NCBI GenBank assembly: GCA_963849945.1
Contig: CAWKJD010000003.1
Coordinates: 232,678 to 296,677, forward strand
Direction: 5' to 3'
DNA length: 64,000 bases
DNA from: an uncultured Bacteroidales bacterium
GTDB lineage: Bacteria; Bacteroidota; Bacteroidia; Bacteroidales; VadinHA17
The stretch's first letter is position 1. Every line of letters begins with the position of its first letter. Under the pieces are notes generated by a model. The model was not told the DNA's origin and did not search any database. It worked only from the letters and a program-made list of their open reading frames with translations. This document shows positions 1 to 10,069 of this stretch, in pieces. A program made the translations under genes and the position numbers.

Positions 1-477
1 CTCAGCCTGAATTCCCCATTTTTTTGTGTTTGCCTGGCAATGCATCATCATTTGCTTTTGAATATCAATACCATAAAACCGGAGGTTCTCTGCCTTGCTT
101 TTCATCCAGAGGTAGTTCTCCCCTGCTCCCATGCCGGTTTCCAGAACCGAAAAATTGTCTCTCAGATCAAGCCGGCTCAACACCTCTCTGCGGGCGTTAC
201 CTGCACCACCACAGAAAAGGAAAAGGAAATTATTGACCGGCGTATATGCTTTAGCGTACAATGTCCTGACTATTTTCTCCCTTCTGCCGGAATATTTCAG
301 CCCAGCCTCTCCAAGGAAATCAGGATAACCTTCCGCATCCATAAATTCCCTGCCGCATCCAGGGCAGACCAGGCTGTCTTCTGAATGACCGGAATTATCT
401 GAAGCTCCGGCAAATGCGAGCTCACCCTTGCATTCAGGGCAGCAAAGAATATCTAATGAATCCGGTTTCATCTTCAT
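1..477 (-). CDS. Partial (runs off window) SAM-dependent methyltransferase with N-terminal Trm112-like zinc ribbon
   Basis: Not in ORF track (no stop in window). Manual translation: MKMKPDSLDILCCPECKGEL...LVCPGCGREF...VLETGMGAGEN...FYGIDIQ, giving two CPxC motifs plus SAM motif I (ExGxGxG) and motif II (GID). Start at 477 or 471. Confidence 0.8.
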   Translation of the reverse strand, partial: MKMKPDSLDILCCPECKGELAFAGASDNSGHSEDSLVCPGCGREFMDAEGYPDFLGEAGLKYSGRREKIVRTLYAKAYTPVNNFLFLFCGGAGNARREVLSRLDLRDNFSVLETGMGAGENYLWMKSKAENLRFYGIDIQKQMMMHCQANTKKWGIQAE

Positions 478-614
478 TCATGGCTTAGGTATATACAAAT
501 TATGCAATGTTTTTAATTAAATCATAATTTTTGAAATGAAATAGCTTGATTTCTTCCGCCAATTGTCGAAAAGATGATTTAAATTGTATCAATCAACCGA
601 AACCAAATAATCTT

Positions 615-1562
615 ATGAAAGTACTCATCACAGGATCTTCGGGGTATCTGGGAAGTTTGCTTGTCAATTATATGGTTTCAAAAAAAATAACCGTTATCGG
701 AATTGACAACAGGAGTGGTAATGCTGTTCTCCCGGGAGAGTATTTTAAATTTTACCTGTGCAGTATCATTGACAGGGCTTTGCTTGAGGAAATCTTTTTT
801 CGGGAACAACCGACACATATTATTCACTTCGCCTGCACCTTTAATAAAGTGCGGGACAGGAAAAAGGAGCAATTAATAGATGTGGACGGTTCTGAAAACA
901 TTCTGGACATATCAAACCGCACTTTATCAGTTGAACAGGTCATTCACTCAAGTTCTGCGGCTGCATACGGAGGCTGGATGGATAACCCCGAATGGATCAA
1001 TGAATCTCACCCGCTCAGACCCGGGAAGTACAGGTACGGAATGAACAAGAAAGCCATTGAGCAGATTTACCTGACTTTAGCAGTGCGGGAGAACCTCCGC
1101 ATTGTGATTCTCAGAATTTGTACGGTGACTGGCCCATTCTTCACCAGCGATAGAATAATCCTGAGGTTGCTTACACAGTTTCCCTTTCTTCCCGGATTTT
1201 GCAAAGACTGCAAAATTCAGTTGCTGCATGAGGACGATTTTGTATCGCTCCTTGACAAAGTCATAAATGACAGCCTCATCAAAGGGGTTTACAACGTGGC
1301 TCCCGACAGCTTTGCAGCCGTACGTGACTTAGCTCCAGGGAAAAAATACTTCATGTTTTCGGCGGGTGTCATCAAAAGTATCCTCTGGGTACTTTGGAAT
1401 CTGAAAATCCTGAATCTTCAGCCTGCCGGCATCAACAACAGTATCTACCCTATCATTCTTGATCCTGCAAAATTGCAGGCACGTTACAATTATAAATTCC
1501 GGTATTCCACAGCTGAAGCGCTCGCAGCAACTCCGCACAAAAAAAGAAGTAAATTTGAATAA
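615..1562 (+). CDS. NAD-dependent epimerase/dehydratase (extended SDR)
   Basis: MKVLITGSSGYLG (TGxxGxxG), SSAAAYG, YGMNK (YxxxK). ATG at 615 preferred over upstream TTG at 546. Confidence 0.85.
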   Translation: MKVLITGSSGYLGSLLVNYMVSKKITVIGIDNRSGNAVLPGEYFKFYLCSIIDRALLEEIFFREQPTHIIHFACTFNKVRDRKKEQLIDVDGSENILDISNRTLSVEQVIHSSSAAAYGGWMDNPEWINESHPLRPGKYRYGMNKKAIEQIYLTLAVRENLRIVILRICTVTGPFFTSDRIILRLLTQFPFLPGFCKDCKIQLLHEDDFVSLLDKVINDSLIKGVYNVAPDSFAAVRDLAPGKKYFMFSAGVIKSILWVLWNLKILNLQPAGINNSIYPIILDPAKLQARYNYKFRYSTAEALAATPHKKRSKFE

Positions 1563-1580
1563 TGCTTATTCAATAGTTTT

Positions 1581-2219
1581 ATGGCAGATAAGTACGTAAT
1601 AACCCTCGGGCGGCAACTCGGGAGCGGAGGCAGGGAGATAGGCCAGAAGCTGTCCGCAAGGCTGGGAATTTCCTTCTATGACAAGGAACTTATAAGGATC
1701 GCTTCCCGCGAGAGCGGCATTAAGGAAAATCATTTCGAGGAAGCTGATGAAAAGAAGACGCATAGTCTTTTCGGGGGGTTGCCTGATCTGCGCGGTTTTC
1801 TGACGGATGAGGTCTATACAAATTATTACCTGAGCAATGAAATGTTGTTTAAGATCCAGTCAGACGTTATCCGCAATCTGGCAGACCTGAACTCAAGTCT
1901 CTTCGTAGGACGCTGTACCGATTACGTTCTTAAAGACCATCCCCGATCGCTCAGTGTGTTCATCAGCGCAGATATGAGGGACAGGATCAGGCGTGTGGCA
2001 AAGATTCAGGAGATAACCGAAAGCAAAGCCGAGGACTATATCAGGAAAACAGATAAGAAACGTGCTGATTATTATGAATACTTCACTGGCAAGGTATGGG
2101 GAGCAGCAAGCTCATACGATCTGTGCATAAATTCGTCTGTGGTGGGAATTGAAGAAACCATATCTTTTATTCAGAGTTTTGCAGAAGCAAGATTTGGGCT
2201 TAAGGGTGACAGGTCCTGA
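1581..2219 (+). CDS. Cytidylate kinase-like family protein
   Basis: ITLGRQLGSGGREIG P-loop variant, VGRC, D..RADYYEYFTG..WG...YDLCINS. Confidence 0.85.
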   Translation: MADKYVITLGRQLGSGGREIGQKLSARLGISFYDKELIRIASRESGIKENHFEEADEKKTHSLFGGLPDLRGFLTDEVYTNYYLSNEMLFKIQSDVIRNLADLNSSLFVGRCTDYVLKDHPRSLSVFISADMRDRIRRVAKIQEITESKAEDYIRKTDKKRADYYEYFTGKVWGAASSYDLCINSSVVGIEETISFIQSFAEARFGLKGDRS

Positions 2220-2352
2220 AGATTTCTGTACATTAAAAAGTGGATAAATTCCCTTTTTCGTAAAATCAAAACGAGCCAGACAAGGATAATTGACGCCCGG
2301 AATTAGATTTTCAACGGCAATTATTTTATTTTTATGTTATAATAAGGACTTT

Positions 2353-3432
2353 ATGGATAAGATACTGGGAGTTCTGGCACCGGTCATTATCATGGCTGCG
2401 ATATTCTTTCTCAATGCATTCCTTCCGGGAAGGTGGGTGCGAGGTTATATAACAAAACCGGGATCATCTGAAAAGATGAGATATCATCTCAACGGAATCG
2501 TGGTGTTCATTGTGGTGGTAGCTTTATGGTTCCTGCTCGGGATAACAGACCTGGTTCCTTATGATTATCTTTATAATTACCGGTGGTACGGACTGACAGG
2601 TGCATGCCTCCTGGGCATAATTGTCACTCTGGTGCTGGTTCTGCCCGTGAAACCTGTAAGAAAGTCATTTGCAGCGGACCTCTTCTTCGGGAGAACGGAA
2701 AACCTTCAGCTTTTGCAGGGCAGGGTGGACATTAAGATGTGGCTCTATCTCGCAGGCGCGACCATGCTTGAGCTTAACGTCCTGAGTTTTACCGCCAGCC
2801 ACATTATTGCCTACGGTAATTCTTCTTCACCCGGCATAATCCTTTCAGCCTTCCTTCTTACATATTTTGTGGTTGAGTATCTTTTGTTTGAAGAGGTTCA
2901 CCTATATACCTATGACCTGTTTGCAGAGAGAATAGGCTTCAAGCTTGGATGGGGGTGCATTGTATTCTATCCTTACTTTTATCCCATAGGCCTGTGGTCT
3001 ACTGTCACCCTGCCTGATCCAGGCACTCCTGACTGGCTGCTTGTGCTGTATGCAGGCATCTTCTTCTCCGGATGGGTGCTGGCAAGAGGAGCGAACATGC
3101 AGAAGTATTTCTTCAAGCGTGACCCGGCAAAGCCATTTCTTGGTATAGTACCGCAGGTATTGACTGACGGAAACAACAGTCTGCTTGTGAATGGTTTCTG
3201 GGGTATCAGCAGGCATATTAATTACCTTGGTGAGATACTCATGGCCATGGGAATCATCCTGTGTACCGGTTACCCGTCACTCATCTGGCCATGGCTTTAC
3301 CCGGTCTACTATGTCTTGCTGCTCTTTACAAGACAGCATGATGATGACGGACGTTGTTCGGCAAAATACGGCGAGTTGTGGCATGAATACAAGAAAAGAG
3401 TCCCCTGGAAGATAATCCCTCACATCTGGTGA
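2353..3432 (+). CDS. ERG4/ERG24-family (sterol reductase-like) polytopic membrane protein
   Basis: Y.LNG, DLFFGR, TYDLFAERIGFKLGWG, ANMQKYFFK, LLVNGFWGISRHINYLGE, RQHDDDGRCSAKYGELWHEY.KRVPWKIIP, all hallmark motifs of delta14/delta7 sterol reductases. ATG at 2353. Confidence 0.85.
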   Translation: MDKILGVLAPVIIMAAIFFLNAFLPGRWVRGYITKPGSSEKMRYHLNGIVVFIVVVALWFLLGITDLVPYDYLYNYRWYGLTGACLLGIIVTLVLVLPVKPVRKSFAADLFFGRTENLQLLQGRVDIKMWLYLAGATMLELNVLSFTASHIIAYGNSSSPGIILSAFLLTYFVVEYLLFEEVHLYTYDLFAERIGFKLGWGCIVFYPYFYPIGLWSTVTLPDPGTPDWLLVLYAGIFFSGWVLARGANMQKYFFKRDPAKPFLGIVPQVLTDGNNSLLVNGFWGISRHINYLGEILMAMGIILCTGYPSLIWPWLYPVYYVLLLFTRQHDDDGRCSAKYGELWHEYKKRVPWKIIPHIW

Positions 3433-3459
3433 TCTCTCAGGCTGGTCAGCTGCAGTGTT

Positions 3460-4263
3460 TTACAGCCGGTACATTTTTCTGGTGTTGTCTCCCATGATTT
3501 TTATAGCTGTTATGCGGGGCAGTAATCTCTGCATCATGAACGATGCGAGCCTGTTCCCCCGGCCGGAGATGAATGAAGGCTTTCGGCCAAGCCTGCGGAA
3601 ACTCTCTCTGACGACATCTTCAGGTTTTTGTGCTGCTGGCGCCAGCAGGCTTACTTTTCCGGGTTTTGAGCGGATATAACCGGGGGTTTCTGTTGCACCT
3701 GCACAACATGCTATAATATCCACACCTTTATCCTTCCACTCATACCAGAGGCTTTCAGCCAGTACCCTGTTGAACGCTTTTGTTGCAGCATAGGTTGCCA
3801 GATAGCCGCTACCCTGTAATCCTGCCATTGATGACATAAGAATGACTGCTCCCCTTCCTTTCTCAACCATCTTACCTCCGAAATGGTGAACCAGGTTCAT
3901 AGGGGTGATCATATTCAGGCGGGCGGCCCTGTTATGGCCTTCTGCCGGGTGTTCTGTAAAGGAGCCTATATGGGAAAGCGCAGCATTATAAACAAGGATG
4001 TCAATTTCCTTCCCGTCAAGTGACGCGGCGACATGTTCTGTTGCGCCCTCATCAGACAGATCACAAGCCATACAGGTGATTTCGACTTTATACCTGTCAG
4101 CCAGCGTGTCTGCCAGTTTCCGGAGTGGTTCCAGCCTTCGGGCTATCAGGATGAGATCAAACCCTTCAGCTGCCAGGAAGGACGCAAATGCGGCTCCTAT
4201 CCCCTCAGAAGCCCCTGCAACAAGGGCTGTAGTTCCGTATTTCGTTTTCAAACTCACGCTCAA
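3460..4263 (-). CDS. Short-chain dehydrogenase/reductase (classical SDR)
   Basis: AGASEGIG, YNAA, SS, YAATK catalytic motif. Confidence 0.9.
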   Translation of the reverse strand: MSVSLKTKYGTTALVAGASEGIGAAFASFLAAEGFDLILIARRLEPLRKLADTLADRYKVEITCMACDLSDEGATEHVAASLDGKEIDILVYNAALSHIGSFTEHPAEGHNRAARLNMITPMNLVHHFGGKMVEKGRGAVILMSSMAGLQGSGYLATYAATKAFNRVLAESLWYEWKDKGVDIIACCAGATETPGYIRSKPGKVSLLAPAAQKPEDVVRESFRRLGRKPSFISGRGNRLASFMMQRLLPRITAIKIMGDNTRKMYRL

Positions 4264-4301
4264 ATTTATAATTTACCGGTGACAATTGATCGTGTCATGA
4301 C

Positions 4302-4330
4302 AAAAAAAAGTCCCGCTGGTTGGGCGGGAC
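4302..4330 (-). terminator. Intrinsic terminator of cold-shock gene
   Basis: Minus strand GTCCCGC-CCAACCA-GCGGGAC followed by T8. Confidence 0.85.
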
Positions 4331-4362
4331 CTAAGGTCATTAAATGTGCATTATATTTTCAA

Positions 4363-4554
4363 CTATGCAAGTTTCACATTAACGGCATTTAATCCTTTTT
4401 TACCTTCCTGAAGGTCAAATGTAACTTCGTCATTCTCTTTGATCCTGTCTATGAGACCTGATGAATGTACAAAATACTCCTTGGGTGAGTTGGCGTCCTT
4501 GATAAATCCAAATCCTTTGGATTCATTGAAAAATTTAACAATTCCTTTGTTCAT
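4363..4554 (-). CDS. Cold-shock protein (CSD)
   Basis: KGIVKFFNESKGFGFI (RNP1), YFVH (RNP2), 63 aa. Confidence 0.95.
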   Translation of the reverse strand: MNKGIVKFFNESKGFGFIKDANSPKEYFVHSSGLIDRIKENDEVTFDLQEGKKGLNAVNVKLA

Positions 4555-4577
4555 TGATGTTGTTTTAAATTACGGCG

Positions 4578-4585
4578 CAAATGTA
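4578..4585 (-). promoter_or_regulatory. Bacteroidota -7 promoter box (TACATTTG) upstream of cold-shock gene
   Basis: Matches TAnnTTTG consensus ~25 nt upstream of the ATG. Confidence 0.55.
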
Positions 4586-4659
4586 ACAGGTATTTTTCAA
4601 TATTGTATCAAAAAACGGATTTATTATTAAAAAATATTGCTGAGAAGCGAATTTGGAGG

Positions 4660-6105
4660 TTAATTCTTCCAGAAAGACCTGGTAAAAAGCGCAATTATCG
4701 GGAATAGCTCAAGACGGCCGAGAATCATCAGTGCAATCATGCTTAGCTTTCCTGTAATGGTGAAATGAGCAAAATTGCTCATATTTCCTGAAGCACCTAG
4801 CCCAGGGCCAATGCCTGCCAGCGAAGTGGCGGCTGCGCCGGCTGATTCCTGTATGGATATTCCTGAGACAACCATAATAAGTGTACCTATAACAAAAATG
4901 ATCAGGTAAAGCTGGATGAACACTGTCATCAGATGATTAATATCCTCCGGTACGACCTTGCCGTTCAGTTTTACGGGTGCGACAGCGTTCGGGTGCTGAA
5001 GCCTGAGTATGACACTGCGTAGGTTCTTCATCGAGATGACGTGCCTTGCCATCTTTATGCCTCCCGTCGTGGATCCGGTAGAACCGCCCGCGAACATTAA
5101 AAGGAACATAAAGAAAATGCCTGCACGCGGCCATACTGTGTAATCAGTAGTAGCAAACCCAGTGCACGATATCTGCGAAACTGCCTGGAAGAGAGCATGT
5201 CTGAAAGATTCTTCAAACGGCCTGTCCGTACCGGTATAAAGGACAAGTGTTACAAAGACAACAGCCACTGTTGTGAAAAAGATATAAAACCAAAACTCCT
5301 CATTTCCTTCAACCTGCCTGAAATTTCTTTTTACAATAAAATAATAGACAACGTAGCTGGTGGCAGCGAGAAACATATACAGTGCTATAACATACTGAAT
5401 ATATGGCGAATAACCTGCAATGCTTGTATTTTTTGTTGAGAATCCCCCGGTTGCAACGGTTCCGAATGAATGGCAAATACTGTCGAATAAACTCATTCCC
5501 CCCAGAGTTAGCAGAATAATCTCGGATATTGTTATACCCAGGTATATGATCAGTATAACCCTGGCAATTGATTTGGTCCTTGGGAGAAGCTTCTGCTTAA
5601 CGGATGATTCAAGTGAAAAAAGATTGTATCCCCCCACTTTGAGTGTTGGCAGAACGATTATGACCAGCAGAATAATACCAATACCCCCGATCCAGTGTGT
5701 CAGGCTGCGCCAGAATAGTATCGATTTGGGCAATATTTCGACTTCCTTTAAAATAGAAGCTCCGGTGGTCGTAAACCCTGACGTGGTCTCGAAGAGGATG
5801 TTGATATATCCTCTTATCTCACCACTGAACAGGTAAGGCAGGGTTCCGGCAAAAATCAATGTAAGCCAGCCCAGAGCTACTGCAAGGTAACCTTCCCTGA
5901 TGGTCACCTTGTCCTGCAATGAACTGCGGATGCCGAAATAAAGCAGTAAACCCGGTGCCAGGGTGGCGACAAATGCAAGAATAAAATTTATAAAGGGTTC
6001 TGAATAGATCACTGCAACAGGAATGCACAGGAGAAAGGCAGATGAAATAATAATCAATATGAGACCAGATATTTTAAGGACAGTGTTGAAGTTGATGGTT
6101 CTCAT
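4660..6105 (-). CDS. trkH: TrkH-family potassium uptake permease
   Basis: FETTSGFTTTGAS, WIGGIG, ATGGFS, GGSTGSTTGGIK, LGRLE pore motifs. Confidence 0.92.
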   Translation of the reverse strand: MRTINFNTVLKISGLILIIISSAFLLCIPVAVIYSEPFINFILAFVATLAPGLLLYFGIRSSLQDKVTIREGYLAVALGWLTLIFAGTLPYLFSGEIRGYINILFETTSGFTTTGASILKEVEILPKSILFWRSLTHWIGGIGIILLVIIVLPTLKVGGYNLFSLESSVKQKLLPRTKSIARVILIIYLGITISEIILLTLGGMSLFDSICHSFGTVATGGFSTKNTSIAGYSPYIQYVIALYMFLAATSYVVYYFIVKRNFRQVEGNEEFWFYIFFTTVAVVFVTLVLYTGTDRPFEESFRHALFQAVSQISCTGFATTDYTVWPRAGIFFMFLLMFAGGSTGSTTGGIKMARHVISMKNLRSVILRLQHPNAVAPVKLNGKVVPEDINHLMTVFIQLYLIIFVIGTLIMVVSGISIQESAGAAATSLAGIGPGLGASGNMSNFAHFTITGKLSMIALMILGRLELFPIIALFTRSFWKN

Positions 6106-6189
6106 TTCCGCATTAAAACAAATGCCGGACAGTCAAAAAAGCTTGATATGTCCACTAAGCTGCCTGAAGTAATAAACGTCCGGACTTTG

Positions 6190-6264
6190 TGATTCCGGCG
6201 CGATTCGAACGCGCGACCCACAGCTTAGAAGGCTGTTGCTCTAATCCAACTGAGCTACGGAACC
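6190..6264 (-). tRNA. tRNA-Arg (anticodon TCT)
   Basis: GGTTCCGTAGCTCAGTTGGATTAGAGCAACAGCCTTCTAAGCTGTGGGTCGCGCGTTCGAATCGCGCCGGAATCA folds into a cloverleaf with anticodon loop CTTCTAA. CCA is not encoded. TATATTTG promoter box at 6289-6296. Confidence 0.95.
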
Positions 6265-6342
6265 GGTAAGTGGTAAAAAAAACCGCCGCAAATATAAACA
6301 CATTTTTTCGTTTCCCAACAGAATACAGGGCAGCAATGAAGG

Positions 6343-8118
6343 TCATGCAGACTTCATCCAGTTAACCAGTCCCTTCTTCTCAATGATCTGTTTCAGTTCA
6401 GGCGGGAGAGGCTGGAAAGTAAACCGCTTTCCTCCAATTGTAAGCGATCCTTTATCAAAGTCGATGTCAACCTTATCTCCGGGCCTGTACGCCTCAACCG
6501 CATCCCTGTGGACGATCAGCGGAAGCCCCTGATTGATGGAAGAGCGATAGAATATGCGGTTTACCGACTTGATTATCACAGCCCTGATACCCAGATGAGC
6601 CAATCCTACTGAGGGGTGCTCACGCGAGCTCCCGCAGCCGAAGTTATCACCTGCAATAATGATATCCCCGGCCATTGCATTTTTGCTGAATGACGGATCA
6701 AAATCGACGAAAAGCAATGGCAAAATGGCAGCAGCATCGGAGCTCATGACACTGTAGGTGTGCTTGCCTGCAAACATCTGATCGGTGCTTAGATTGTCAA
6801 CATCGGAATAATTCCAGATATTGCCCTCTTTCCTGTTCTCTCCTTCCCTGATAACAATTGTGGCGCTCTGGGGAGGGTTAAAGGGAAATACTTCATCTCC
6901 CTTAACCTCTCTTGGGTCTGTGATCACACCGGTTATGGACGATGCAGCCACCGTTGCGGGTGAAGCAAGGTAGATAGAAGCTTCCTTATTGCCCATCCTG
7001 CCGAGGAAATTACGGTTGGCGGTTGAGATAACCACATGACCGTTTGCCGGAATACCCTGGCCGGTGCCGAGGCATGGTCCGCAGGAAGGACTCAGGATAT
7101 TTGCCCCTGCTTCCAGGAGATCAGTAATAATGCCTTCCTTTATCGCCTGCAGATATATCTCTCTGGAAGCCGGAATTATATGAAGCTGGAACCCTGGTTT
7201 CACCTTCTTCCCTTTCAGGATCGCAGCTGCTACCCTCAGATCTTCAATCCTGCCGTTGGTGCAGGTTCCGATAAGTCCCTCATGCACCACGGTGCCGGCG
7301 ACGGAGGCGACAGATTTAACATTATCAACGTTATGAGGGGCAGCAACAAGCGGAAATACCTGCGAAAGGTCAATGGAAATACGGCAGTTGTATTCAGCAC
7401 CTTCATCTGCCCACACTCCTGTTGTTGCTTCACCTGTATATTTCTGAAGAACGGCATCGGCAGGGAAAACAGCATTCTTCGCACCCATCTCTGATGCAAG
7501 GTTGGCAACCGTCATTCTCTCACTTATACTCAGGGTTGAGACTCCCTCTCCGTGAAACTCTATCGACATGTAGTTGGCGCCGTCAGAGCCAAGCATACCT
7601 ATTATCCACAGTGACAAGTCCTTGGCACTGACACCCGGACGCAATTTCCCCTTGAGGTCAATTCTCATTGAAGGAGGCACAAGGAACCATGTCTCGCCCC
7701 GTTTCCAGATACCGGCTGCTTCGGTACGGTCAATACCTGCCGCAAGTGCATTAAATGCGCCTGCCGTGCAGGTATGACTGTCAGATCCGACAATTATCAT
7801 CCCCGGCCGTGCATGGTATGACATCAACTGGTGACAGATACCGGTCCCTAAGTCATAAAACTTCATGATTCCCTGTTCGGTAACTATATTGCGTATGTCC
7901 TGGTACTGCGTTGCCAGCTTTGCGTCAGCAGGGGGTGCATTATGGTCAAGCACCACCAGCATTTGAGCGGGGTCAGCGACCTTCTGCCCTCCCATCTTGC
8001 GGAAAGTCTGGTAAATGCTTGAGGTATTGTCGTGGGTAAGTATTATGTCAGGTTTTCTGAAGACTATAGCTCCCTCAGGGGCGCCGAGTATCTTTTCAAC
8101 AAATGTCTGTGGTTTCAT
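6343..8118 (-). CDS. Aconitase-family hydratase, fused LeuC+LeuD (large+small subunit), canonical active site
   Basis: VLDH, GICHQ, DSHT, GTCTNG, SCGPCLG ([4Fe-4S] ligands), TANRNF, C-terminal swivel domain NFGCGSSREH. Confidence 0.88.
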   Translation of the reverse strand: MKPQTFVEKILGAPEGAIVFRKPDIILTHDNTSSIYQTFRKMGGQKVADPAQMLVVLDHNAPPADAKLATQYQDIRNIVTEQGIMKFYDLGTGICHQLMSYHARPGMIIVGSDSHTCTAGAFNALAAGIDRTEAAGIWKRGETWFLVPPSMRIDLKGKLRPGVSAKDLSLWIIGMLGSDGANYMSIEFHGEGVSTLSISERMTVANLASEMGAKNAVFPADAVLQKYTGEATTGVWADEGAEYNCRISIDLSQVFPLVAAPHNVDNVKSVASVAGTVVHEGLIGTCTNGRIEDLRVAAAILKGKKVKPGFQLHIIPASREIYLQAIKEGIITDLLEAGANILSPSCGPCLGTGQGIPANGHVVISTANRNFLGRMGNKEASIYLASPATVAASSITGVITDPREVKGDEVFPFNPPQSATIVIREGENRKEGNIWNYSDVDNLSTDQMFAGKHTYSVMSSDAAAILPLLFVDFDPSFSKNAMAGDIIIAGDNFGCGSSREHPSVGLAHLGIRAVIIKSVNRIFYRSSINQGLPLIVHRDAVEAYRPGDKVDIDFDKGSLTIGGKRFTFQPLPPELKQIIEKKGLVNWMKSA

Positions 8119-8136
8119 ATTGTCTGATGATAGGAA

Positions 8137-9954
8137 TTAAATTTTTCCAAGAAGCCCGCCTTTAATATATATCTCATACTGTGCGTCATAGAACGGGCTA
8201 ATAGTCATTTTCAGTCCGGTGCGTTCATTGACTGCTTCTCCGGTAAGAAGGTTTACCGTCAGTATGTCCTGATCCCTGAGACCGATCTTTTCAAACAAAT
8301 CACAGGTAAGAACAGGGAACGCTGCATTAATGGCATTGCGCTCATAAATGGCTCCGAAGGAGCGTGCTATCACAGCCTGGATGCCCAGGGAAATAAAACA
8401 GTCCACCGCCTGCTGGCGGGAGCTTCCGCTGCCGAAGTTCTTACCGGCAATTATTATGTCACCTGCCCGGGCCTTCTGTGCAAAGTCTTTGTAACCTTCA
8501 AGGTTGTCAAAGGTATATTGCCCCATTTCGCGTATGTCCGTTATGGCAAGATAGCGGTTATGAAAGATCATGTCAGTGTCAATATTGTCACGTTCGATCA
8601 TCCAGACCCTGCCTTTGATTGAGGTTGGGCGTTCCGGGCCGGTTTTCCGGGGATTATTTTTCTGCGTCACAGGCTGTCCTTCCGTTTTCTCAAATGCAAC
8701 GGGTCTGGCAGGGATGGCATCAGGAGTTGTAATATACCCTGCCAGTGCCGAGGCAGCTACCACAGCGGGGGAACCAAGGAAAACACTGCCCTGCCCCTGC
8801 TTGCCCGGGAAATTACGGTTACCAGTGCTGACAGTCACTTCACCTTTACCGTTCTGTCCCACCTGCCCGGCTGCACATCCGGCACAACCGGCATTGGATA
8901 CAAGTGCTCCCGCATTCTTGAATATTTCAATCAAGCCTTCAGCCAGGCACTCTTTCCAGACTTTATCGGTTGAAGGCACTATCTTAAGCACCACTCCCGG
9001 GGCTACTTTCTTTCCCCTGAGGATATCTGCCGCAGCACTCATGTCTTCAATGCGTCCGTTGGTGCAGCTGCCGATGAATGCAGAATCGATCCTTGTCAAA
9101 GGCAGTTCATTCACCGGTACGGTATCATGCGGTTGACCCGGTCTTGATACCATCGGCCTGAAGGTTGTAACGTCTATATCTGCAATAAGCTGATATGATG
9201 CGTCAGCATCAGCAAAGACAGGTTCAAAGGGTTCTTTGGTACGGGCGCGGCAATAGCTTATTATTTCTTCTGAAGGCGGAAAAAGAATTATTATTGCACC
9301 CATCTCAGTCGCCATAGATGAAATTGTTATGCGCTGATCGAGTGTCATTCTGTCAACTGCCCTGCCGTAAAGTTCGATACTGAACCCCAGGAGAGTGTTG
9401 GCTCCGTAGATATTGAGCAGGTTAAGTATAACATCCTTTGCAGTAACGTCTCCGGGCAACTCTCCGTTGAGGTTTATCTTCACGGATGAAGGCACCTTGA
9501 ACCATACTTTTCCGGTGTTCCAGGCAGCGGCTATATCCATGTCGCCCATACCCTGTCCGAATGCACCCACGGCGCCAAGGATATTCGCGTGTGAGTCAGT
9601 TGATACTGCAGTGGCGCCGGGCCAGATATACCCCTCTTCAATAAGAATATGAGTTCCGATACCGGCATTGATATCATAGACCTTAATATCATTATTACGG
9701 GCGAATTTCCGGCAGATATGCTGGTTTACTGCATATTTCTGGTCGGAACCGGTAGGATTGCAGTCGAACGTAAAGAATGTCCTGGCAGGATTGTCAACCG
9801 ACAGACCGAAGTCCTCGAGATTCCTGACGACATTGGCTCCGCCGAAATCCCTCGCCGCACGGGTGTCAATGCCAATATCGATAATGTCCCCGGGTTTTAC
9901 GCTCCCGTATTTTGAATGCAATGCAATAATCTTTTCGGTGATTGTCATTCCCAT
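8137..9954 (-). CDS. Aconitase-family hydratase, fused LeuC+LeuD, variant active site
   Basis: GSCTNG, GCAGCAAG, STGNRNF, NIDTD, NFGSGSSRQQA. DH is replaced by DC and GICH by GIGTH. Confidence 0.85.
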   Translation of the reverse strand: MGMTITEKIIALHSKYGSVKPGDIIDIGIDTRAARDFGGANVVRNLEDFGLSVDNPARTFFTFDCNPTGSDQKYAVNQHICRKFARNNDIKVYDINAGIGTHILIEEGYIWPGATAVSTDSHANILGAVGAFGQGMGDMDIAAAWNTGKVWFKVPSSVKINLNGELPGDVTAKDVILNLLNIYGANTLLGFSIELYGRAVDRMTLDQRITISSMATEMGAIIILFPPSEEIISYCRARTKEPFEPVFADADASYQLIADIDVTTFRPMVSRPGQPHDTVPVNELPLTRIDSAFIGSCTNGRIEDMSAAADILRGKKVAPGVVLKIVPSTDKVWKECLAEGLIEIFKNAGALVSNAGCAGCAAGQVGQNGKGEVTVSTGNRNFPGKQGQGSVFLGSPAVVAASALAGYITTPDAIPARPVAFEKTEGQPVTQKNNPRKTGPERPTSIKGRVWMIERDNIDTDMIFHNRYLAITDIREMGQYTFDNLEGYKDFAQKARAGDIIIAGKNFGSGSSRQQAVDCFISLGIQAVIARSFGAIYERNAINAAFPVLTCDLFEKIGLRDQDILTVNLLTGEAVNERTGLKMTISPFYDAQYEIYIKGGLLGKI

Positions 9955-10069
9955 GATAAAGTGTTTTAGGATTTACCCGGAGGCAAAATTAGCATTCCGG
10001 ATTGTTATTTATAACGATAAATATCATTTCCTGGCAGGAAACGGAAATAAATAACAGCGAAGGAATTAC

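Noticed and set aside
24-384. Plus-strand ORFs 24-236, 40-384 and 131-328
   Set aside because: Antisense shadows of the minus-strand methyltransferase that runs off the window.
6190-6264. tRNA-Arg as an integration site for a genomic island
   Set aside because: No integrase nearby and I found no duplicated tRNA 3' end in the window.
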